DNA of 64,000 nucleotides from an uncultured Spirochaetales bacterium (GTDB lineage Bacteria; Myxococcota_A; UBA9160; UBA6930): contig CAZCTH010000008.1 in assembly GCA_964501435.1 (NCBI GenBank), forward strand, positions 2,978 through 66,977, in the 5' to 3' direction. Positions 27,951 through 35,500 of the stretch are shown here, piece after piece (the first letter of the stretch is position 1; each line of letters begins with the position of its first letter). The notes beneath the pieces are model-generated. The model made no database searches. It saw only the letters and a program-made list of their open reading frames with translations, and had not been told where the DNA came from. The translations under genes and the position numbers were made by a program.

Positions 27951-28006
27951 CGTGAGCCACGCAGTTTGTCGTTCAAAGCCCCAGTCGTTCTGACGAATCC
28001 CTCTGC

Positions 28007-29839
28007 GTGAAAATGCGTAGCTCCAATTCTGGGGAAGCGCGCGCCCGTGCGCGCGCGAATCCCCAACAACTCGCGCGGCGCGCCGCGGCGGCGATCGCGC
28101 TCGCGTGCGCGCTGTTCGCCGCCGCACCCGCGCTCGCGGCGACGCCGATCGCGCTCTTCCGCAGCTACGCGGGCAACATCCAGTTCACCGGCACTGCGGG
28201 CACGCTGCGCGCGAGCTCCAACACGGTGAACGCGTGCAACCTGAACGCGTCCGGCGCGGGCGTGCTGAGCGGGCTGCCCGCGGGCGCGACCGTCGTCGCC
28301 GCCCATCTCTATTGGGCGGGTTCCGGCACCACGGTCGACTCGCAGGTGACGCTCGCGCGCTCTGGCGGCGGCGGCAGCACCACCGTCACCGCCAGCCGCA
28401 CCTTCACGGAGACGTACCTCAACGGCGCCACGCTGCTGAGCTTCTTCTCCGGCTACGCCGACGTCACCTCGTTCGTCACCGGCAACGCAACGTACACGCT
28501 CTCGAACCTCGCCGTGAACAGCGGCAACCCGTACTGCTCGTCCGCGGCGGTCGTCTCGGGGTGGAGCCTCGTCGTCGTCTACCGCCTCGCCTCGGCGCCG
28601 CTGCGCGTGGTGAACATCTCGGACGGCTTCCAGGGCTTCCGCGGCGCGCAGCTCTCGATCGTCGACAACAACTTCGAGGTTCCCCCCTCGGGCATCGACG
28701 CGTTCGTCTCCCACGTCACCTGGGAAGGCGACACGGAGAACTCGACGGCGCTCGGCGGCTTCACCGAGAACCTGCGATTCCAGGGGACCGCGCTCACCGA
28801 CGCGCTCAATCCGCTCAACAACCAATTCAACTCGGCGAGCAACATCACCGGCAGCGCGACCACCTGGGGCGTCGACTTCGACCGGTACAACGTCACGTCG
28901 CTCGTGACGGCCGGCCAGACCTCCGCGACCACGCAGTACTCGAGCGGCGGCGACCTCGTGCTGCTCAGCGCCGAGGTCTTCAGCGTCACCAACGTCCCGA
29001 TCGCGGACCTCTCGATCGCGAAGAGCCACGCGGGGACGTTCACGACCGGCCAGAACGGCGCCTACACCCTCACGGTCTCGAACGCGGGTCCGAGCGCCTC
29101 TTCCGGCACGACGACCGTCACGGACACGCTGCCCGTCGGGCTCTCGTTCGTGTCCGCGAGCGGGACGGGCTGGACCTGCGGTGCGGTCGGCCAGGTCGTG
29201 ACCTGCACGCATGGGGGCGCGATCGCGAGCGGCGCGTCGCTCCCGGCGATCACCCTCACCGTCGCCGTCGCGGCGAACGCGCCGGCCTCGGTCACGAACA
29301 CGGCGACGGTCGCCAACCCCACCTTCGACAACGTCGCCGCCAACGACACCGCGAGCGACGTCACCGCGATCTCGCAGTTGCCCGACGTGCTCGTGATCAA
29401 GAGCGCGGTCGTGACGGGCGACCCCGTGAACGGCGCGACCAACCCGAAGGCGATCCCTGGCGCGAGCATCCGCTACGCCGTCGCCGTCACCAATCAGGGC
29501 TCCGGAACGCCCACCGCCGACTCCGTGCTCGTCGAGGATCCGCTGCCCGCCGAGCTCGAGCTGTTCGTGAACGGCTTCGGCGGCCCGAGCCCCGTCGCGT
29601 TCGTCGACGGCGCGACGGCGAGCGGCCTCGCGCTGGTGTTCGCCGGACTCGGCAGCGCGGCCGACGACCTCGAGTTCGACGACGGGTCGAACGCCTTCAC
29701 CTACGTGCCGGTGCCCGACGCGGACGGATACGACGCGGCCGTGCGCGCGATCCGCGTGCGCCCGAGCGGGACGTTCGCCGGCGCGAGCGTCGCCGGCGCG
29801 CCGAGCTTCGAGCTGCGCTTCCAGGCGCGCGTGAAATGA
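28007..29839 (+). CDS. secreted DUF11-type ('conserved repeat domain') protein with an unassigned ~330-aa N-terminal beta-rich domain; operon gene 1
   Basis: The ORF is 610 aa, starting at GTG 28007 or ATG 28013. The signal peptide is ...AAAAIALACALFAAAPALA|ATP. A canonical DUF11 module is present (ADLSIAKSHAGTFTTGQNGAYTLTVSNAGPSASSGTTTVTDTLPVGLSFVSASGTGWTC...VTCT). A second Ig-like module follows (VIKSAVVTGDPVNGATNPKAIPGASIRYAVAVTNQG). Confidence 0.8.
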   Translation: MKMRSSNSGEARARARANPQQLARRAAAAIALACALFAAAPALAATPIALFRSYAGNIQFTGTAGTLRASSNTVNACNLNASGAGVLSGLPAGATVVAAHLYWAGSGTTVDSQVTLARSGGGGSTTVTASRTFTETYLNGATLLSFFSGYADVTSFVTGNATYTLSNLAVNSGNPYCSSAAVVSGWSLVVVYRLASAPLRVVNISDGFQGFRGAQLSIVDNNFEVPPSGIDAFVSHVTWEGDTENSTALGGFTENLRFQGTALTDALNPLNNQFNSASNITGSATTWGVDFDRYNVTSLVTAGQTSATTQYSSGGDLVLLSAEVFSVTNVPIADLSIAKSHAGTFTTGQNGAYTLTVSNAGPSASSGTTTVTDTLPVGLSFVSASGTGWTCGAVGQVVTCTHGGAIASGASLPAITLTVAVAANAPASVTNTATVANPTFDNVAANDTASDVTAISQLPDVLVIKSAVVTGDPVNGATNPKAIPGASIRYAVAVTNQGSGTPTADSVLVEDPLPAELELFVNGFGGPSPVAFVDGATASGLALVFAGLGSAADDLEFDDGSNAFTYVPVPDADGYDAAVRAIRVRPSGTFAGASVAGAPSFELRFQARVK

Positions 29840-29853
29840 CACCCCGAGGAGCC

Positions 29854-30885
29854 ATGGCCATGCACCGACACCGCTTCCCCCGCACCCGCGCGCTGCGCGC
29901 GCTCGCGCTCGCGACGTCGGTCGTCGCGCTTTGCGGCGCCGCAGCGCACGCGGTCGGCACCGCGGCCGGCACCGACATCACGAACACCGCGAGCGTCACC
30001 GCCGACGTCGGCGGGTCGCCGGTCACGGCGACCAGCAACCCCAACGTGATCCGCGTCGCCGAGGTGATCGACGTCGACGTCACGCTGCTGTCGGTCGGCA
30101 ACGTGCTCGTCAACTCGCCGTCGAGCGGGCAGGTGCTCACGTTCCGCGTCACCAACACCGGAAACGGCGTGGACCGCTTCGCGCTCACGGTGAACGACGC
30201 GCTCGTCGGCGACGCGTTCGACCCGGTTTTCGCGAGCCTCTGGTTCGACGCGAACGGAAACGCCCTCTACGACGCAGGCGTCGACACGCTCTACACGCCG
30301 GGCCTGAACGACCCGCTGCTCGACGCCAACGCGCCCGCGGCCGACGACGTGGTCGTGTTCGTGCTGAACGACGTGCCGGCCGGCCTCGCGAGCGGCGACC
30401 TCGGCGACAGCGAGCTGCTCGCCGCGTCCGCCACCGGCGTGGGCGCGCCCGGCACGGTGATCGCCGGCGCGGGCGAGGCGGGCACCGACGCGATCGTGGG
30501 GACGAGCGGTGGCGACGACCTCGCGCAGGGGACTTATCAAGTCTCGTCGGTCGCGCTCGCGATCGCCAAGACCTCCACCGTGGCGGATCCGTTCGGCGGG
30601 TCGCAGCCGATCCCGGGCGCGACCATCACCTACTCGCTCGTCGTGACGGTCGCCGGCGCGGGCAGCGCCGACGCCGCGACGCTCAGCGACGCGATCCCGG
30701 CCAACACGACCTACGTCGCCGGCTCGATGACGCGCAACGCGGCCGCGCTCACGGACGCGAGCGACTCGCCCGTGGACGAGGCGGACTTCGGGGTGACGAC
30801 CGCCGGGGCCATCACGGTCGGTCTCGGAAATCTGCCGGCGGGCGGTCCGCCGGAAACGATCACGTTCCAAGTGACGATCAATTAG
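29854..30885 (+). CDS. secreted DUF11-like repeat protein; operon gene 2
   Basis: ATG 29854 (or 29860) follows GAGGAG, in the frame of ORF 28105..30885. The signal peptide is RALALATSVVALCGAAAHA|VG. The mature N-terminus reads GTAAGTDITNTASVTADVGG. Other motifs are VTNTGNGVDRFAL, WFDANGNALYDAGVD and the C-terminal module AIAKTSTVADPFGGSQPIPGATITYSLVV. Confidence 0.75.
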   Translation: MAMHRHRFPRTRALRALALATSVVALCGAAAHAVGTAAGTDITNTASVTADVGGSPVTATSNPNVIRVAEVIDVDVTLLSVGNVLVNSPSSGQVLTFRVTNTGNGVDRFALTVNDALVGDAFDPVFASLWFDANGNALYDAGVDTLYTPGLNDPLLDANAPAADDVVVFVLNDVPAGLASGDLGDSELLAASATGVGAPGTVIAGAGEAGTDAIVGTSGGDDLAQGTYQVSSVALAIAKTSTVADPFGGSQPIPGATITYSLVVTVAGAGSADAATLSDAIPANTTYVAGSMTRNAAALTDASDSPVDEADFGVTTAGAITVGLGNLPAGGPPETITFQVTIN

Positions 30886-30896
30886 GGAGGGAAGCC

Positions 30897-31391
30897 ATGA
30901 AACGAGCTTCGATTCGATTCGGTGCGGCGACGGTCGCCGCGCTGGCTCTGGCGAGCGCGGCGCTCGGCGAGGCGGGCAGCATCGAGCTGCGCGCGCGCGC
31001 CGAGAAGCGGCTCTTCGTGCAGCAGCCCGACGGCACGGCGAGCGAGCAGTTCGTGCCGGTCGGGAAGGTCGTGCCGGGCGACGTCGTCGCCTACACGATC
31101 GAGGCGCGCAACGTCTCGACGTCGGGCGCGGATCGCGTGGTGATCACGGATCCGATCCCGGCCGAGATGAAGTACGTCGAGGGCAGCGCCGCGGCGACGG
31201 GCGCGCAGCTGCTCTTTTCCGTCGACGGCGGCTTCCGCTTCGGCTCGCCCGACGAGCTGACCGTCGCGAACGAGGACGGCACCCGCCGCCCTGCGGTCGC
31301 CAGCGACTACACGCACGTGCGCTGGGTGTTCGCGACCCCCCTCGCCCCGGCCGAGCAGCGGTCGGTGCGCTTCCTGGCGCAGCTCGAGTAG
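30897..31391 (+). CDS. small secreted single-domain DUF11-like protein; operon gene 3
   Basis: ATG 30897 follows GGGAGGG, in the frame of ORF 29931..31391. The protein reads MKRASIRFGAATVAALALASAALGEAG...VVPGDVVAYTIEARNVSTSGADRVVITDPIPAEMKYVEGS. Confidence 0.75.
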   Translation: MKRASIRFGAATVAALALASAALGEAGSIELRARAEKRLFVQQPDGTASEQFVPVGKVVPGDVVAYTIEARNVSTSGADRVVITDPIPAEMKYVEGSAAATGAQLLFSVDGGFRFGSPDELTVANEDGTRRPAVASDYTHVRWVFATPLAPAEQRSVRFLAQLE

Positions 31392-31436
31392 CGCGCCGGC
31401 CTTTCGGTTCTCGTGATCCTCAACAAGGAGAAAGTC

Positions 31437-32591
31437 ATGCAACGGGATTGGAAACGCAGCGTTCGAGCCGGGGTGGTCCTGGCGTCGTTCGCAATCGCGG
31501 CCGCGCAGGGTGCGCAGGCCGCCGGGACGGCCTCGGGCACGTCCGTCGACAACCGCGCCACCGTGTCGTACGCGGTCGGCGCCACCGCGCAGCCGGTGAT
31601 CGAGTCGTCGCCCACGGGCAACTCGACCTCCGGCGCCGGCAACGGAACCGACACGAGCTTCGTGGTGGACAACCGCATCGACCTCACCGTCGCGGAGCTG
31701 TCCGGCAGCTACACGACGGTGGCGGCTGGCGGCACGAACGAGGTTCTCGTCTACACGGTGACCAACACCGGCAACGGGACGCAGGACTACTCGCTCGCCG
31801 CGGCCGACAACGCGACGGATCCGTTCGGCGGGACCGACAACTTCGACGCGACGCCGGTGGGCGTGTTCGTCGACGCGAACGCCAACGGCACCTACGACGC
31901 GGGTGTCGATCTCGCGACGTTCGTGGACGAGCTGGCGGCGGACGCAGCGGCCACGGTGTTCGTGGTGCGCAACATTCCGGGCGGCCAGGCGAACGGCGAC
32001 ATCTCGGCCGTGACGCTGACTGCGCAGGTCGCGCAGGGCGGCGGCGTGGGCGCGCAGGGCGCCGACATCCTGACCGACGACTCGGCGATCGCCGACGACC
32101 CGGCCACGGTGCAGATCGTGTTCGCGGACGCGGCGGGCGACACCGACGCGGCCAACGACGGCGCGCACTCCGACAGCGATGCCTATCGCGTGGGTGCGGC
32201 GCAGATCACCGTGTCGAAGAGCTCGGCGGTGGTGAGCGACCCGATCAACGGGGCGACGAATCCGAAGGCGATCCCCGGCGCGACGGTCGAGTACACCGTC
32301 GTGGTCAGCAACGCGGTCGGCGCGAGCGCGACCGCGACGAACGTGCAGGTGGCGGACAGCCTGAACGCGGAGATCACGGCCGGTACGGTCGCGTACGACG
32401 CGAACGGCTACGCGGCCGGCGCGGGCATGCAGGTGACGGCGCCGAACATCGCGGGCGGCGCTCCGACCGCGCTGTCGAACGGAGTGGACGCCGACTCCGG
32501 CGACTTCTCCGCGAACGTCGTGACCGTGGGCGGCATCTCGCTCAACCCGGGCGAGTCGGCCACGGTCCGCTTCCGAGTCGTCATTCAGTAA
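31437..32591 (+). CDS. secreted DUF11-like repeat protein, paralog of gene 2; operon gene 4
   Basis: ATG 31437 follows AAGGAGA, in the frame of ORF 31413..32591. The signal peptide is VVLASFAIAAAQGAQA|AG. The mature N-terminus reads GTASGTSVDNRATVSYAVGA. Other motifs are VTNTGNGTQDYSL, FVDANANGTYDAGVD and TVSKSSAVVSDPINGATNPKAIPGATVEYTVVVSN. Confidence 0.75.
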   Translation: MQRDWKRSVRAGVVLASFAIAAAQGAQAAGTASGTSVDNRATVSYAVGATAQPVIESSPTGNSTSGAGNGTDTSFVVDNRIDLTVAELSGSYTTVAAGGTNEVLVYTVTNTGNGTQDYSLAAADNATDPFGGTDNFDATPVGVFVDANANGTYDAGVDLATFVDELAADAAATVFVVRNIPGGQANGDISAVTLTAQVAQGGGVGAQGADILTDDSAIADDPATVQIVFADAAGDTDAANDGAHSDSDAYRVGAAQITVSKSSAVVSDPINGATNPKAIPGATVEYTVVVSNAVGASATATNVQVADSLNAEITAGTVAYDANGYAAGAGMQVTAPNIAGGAPTALSNGVDADSGDFSANVVTVGGISLNPGESATVRFRVVIQ

Positions 32592-32597
32592 CGACTC

Positions 32598-35500
32598 GTG
32601 AGCGCTCGGCTTCCGATCCCGATGCACGAGCCCCGGCGGGCCCGCGCGGAGTCCTCGCGACTCCGCGCGCGGCCCGTTCGGGGCGCCGTGCGTTCGCGCA
32701 TCGGAAGCTGGCTCTGCGCGTGGCTGGTCGCGCTCTTCGCGCTCGCCAGCCACGCGCAGACGCCCGCCGGCACGGTCATCGCGAACACCGCCCAGGGCGT
32801 CTACACGCCGCCCAGCGGCATCCCGACGACGGTGCTCTCCAACACGGACGCGATCACGACGGCGGCGCTGCGCACGCCGTCCGCGACCGAGATCTTCCAC
32901 TTCGCGCCCGGCGCGCCCGGTTCGTTCGCGACGAACGTCGGGCCCGCGCAATGCAGCGCGTCCGGCAGCGCGGCCGGCCCGTTCGCCGCCGCGCCGAACC
33001 CCACCGATTTCTCGGGCGCTCCGATCAATCTCGGCGCGCCCGTCGACCTGCTCGCAGGCGGCGCCTACCACCAGGGCGAAGCGCTGTTCCTGCGCGTCGT
33101 GGACGCCGATCAGAACGCGAACCCGCTCGTCGCCGAGACCGCAGTGATTACGGTCGCGTCGCTCACGACGGGCGACGTCGAAGTGCTCCTCGCCGCAGAG
33201 ACGGGCCCGAGCACTGGCGTCTTCGTCGCCTACCTGATGAGCGGGGCGCCGCCTCCGGTGAGCGGCGACTGCCGCCTCGCGGTGAGCGCGGGGGAAACCT
33301 TCGTCGCGAGCTACCTCGACCCCGCCGACGGCACCGACAGCTCGTCGAGCGGCGCGCTCGTCGATCCCCTCGGCGTCGTGTTCGACAGCGCCACCGGCGC
33401 GCCGGTGAGCGGCGCGGTCGTCACGCTGATCGACGCGGCGAGCGGCCTGCCCGCGACGGTCTTCGGCGACGACGGCGTGTCGAGCTACCCCGCGAGCGTC
33501 ACGAGCGGGGGCACCGTCACGGATTCCGGCGGAACGACCTACGCGTTCGCGCCGGGGCGCTTCCGCTTCCCGTTCGTCGCGCCCGGGACGTATCGCCTGC
33601 AAGTTGTGCCGCCGCCCAGCCATGCGTTTCCTTCGCTCGTCGCCGACGCTGCCCTCCAGCTCCTTCCGGGCGCACCGTATGCGCTGGGCCCGGGCTCGCG
33701 CGGCAACGACTTCGTCGTCCCGCTCGGGCCGATCTTCCAGGTCGACGTGCCGCTCGACTCCGCAGCTCCCGGCGGAGCGCTCACCCTCGCGAAGCGCGCG
33801 AATCGCGCGACCGCGGGGGTCGGCGAGTTCGTGCAGTACGTGCTCCTCGTTTCGGCGCCGAGCGGCAGCGCGGGCCAGCCCGCGACGCTCGAGGATCGGC
33901 TCCCGCGCGGCTTCCGCTTCGAGCGCGGCTCGCTGCGCATCGGCGGCGCGCCGGCGCCCGATCCCGCGATCGCGCAGGACGCGCGCACGCTCGCGATCCC
34001 GCTCGGCGTGCTCGCGCCCGGCGCGCAGGTCGAGGTGCGCTACGTGGCGCGGCTCGGGCCGGAAGCACGCGGCGGACGCGCGGTGAACGAGGCGATCGTG
34101 CGCGCGGGCGCGCTCGCCTCGAACCCGGCGCGCGCCGTCGTACTGGTCACGCGCGATCTCTTGAACGAGCGCGCGACACTGGTCGGCCGCGTGATGGAAG
34201 GCGACTGCGGCGCGGACCTGCGCGACGAGCATGCCGGCGTCGCGGGCGTGCGCGTCTACCTCGAGGACGGCACGCACGTCGTGACGGACGAGCAGGGCCG
34301 CTTCCACTTCCCGGTCGTCGCCGCGGACACCCACGTCGTCCAGCTCGACACGCAGACGCTGCCCGAGGGCTTCATGCCGCGCGCCTGCGCCGGCAACCGC
34401 TTCGCGGGCCGCTCGTACTCGCAGTTCGTCGAGCCGCAGCGCGGCTCGCTGTGGCGCAGCGACTTTTTCCTCGAGCGGACACCGAGCGGCCGTGGACTCC
34501 ACCAACGGCTCACCGTCACGCCGGCCGGCGATCGCCAGGACGTCGAGCTGAACGTCACGGTGGTCGGTGCGACGCTGAACGCCGTCTCCGGCCTCGTGCT
34601 GCTGCCGAGCGGGCTCGCGCCGCTGCCGGGCAGCGTCGAGGTCGCCGGCCCCGGCGCACGCTTCGACGCGGAGAGCCCGGCGCCGACGGTCCGCGCGGCC
34701 GCCCTCGCGCCCGGCGACGTCGTGACGCTGCGCTTCGCGTTGGCCGCGCCGGGCGACACGCAATTGAATGCGCTCGCACGCGGGAAGCGCGACACCGGCG
34801 AGCCCGTCCAGACGCCCGTGGTGAAGAGCGAGCTCGCCGAGCCGCGCACCTACACGCAGAGCGCGACCTGGGAGGACGCGCCCGCCGCGGCCTCGCCACC
34901 GGCCGAGCCCGCACCGCCCGAAGCCGCATTCGGCGACGCCTGGCTGGCGACCGCCACGCCCGCGAACGCGTGGCTGTACCCCGAGGCGGGCTTCGTTCCG
35001 AAGATCCCGTCGGTGAAGCTCGGTGTGCAGCACGACCCCGCGCTGCGCGTACGCCTGTTCCGCAACGGCGAGCTGGTGAGCCCGCTCAACTTCGACGGCG
35101 TGCAGAAGAACGCGGCGAAGACGGTCGCGGTGAGCCGCTGGCGCGGCGTCGATCTCGCCGAGGGCCCCAACAAATTCGTGGTCGAGCTGCTGAACGCGGA
35201 CGGCGCGGTCGTCGAACGCCTCGAGCAGCGCGTCCACTCCTCGGGCCCGCCGGTGCGCGGCGAGCTGATGCCGACGCTCTCGACCCTCGTCGCGGACGGC
35301 CGCACCGCGCCGGTCGTCGCGGTGCGGCTCTTCGACCGCTGGGGCCAGCCCGTGCGCGAGGGCATGAGCGGACCGCTCCAGGTCGCGTCGCCGCACCGCG
35401 CGCGCGAGTCGGTGGAGCGCGCGCGCGAGCGGCAGCTCGCCGTGCCGAATCTCGGTGCGACGAGCTTCGTGGTCGGCGCGGGCGGCCTCGCGCGCATCGC

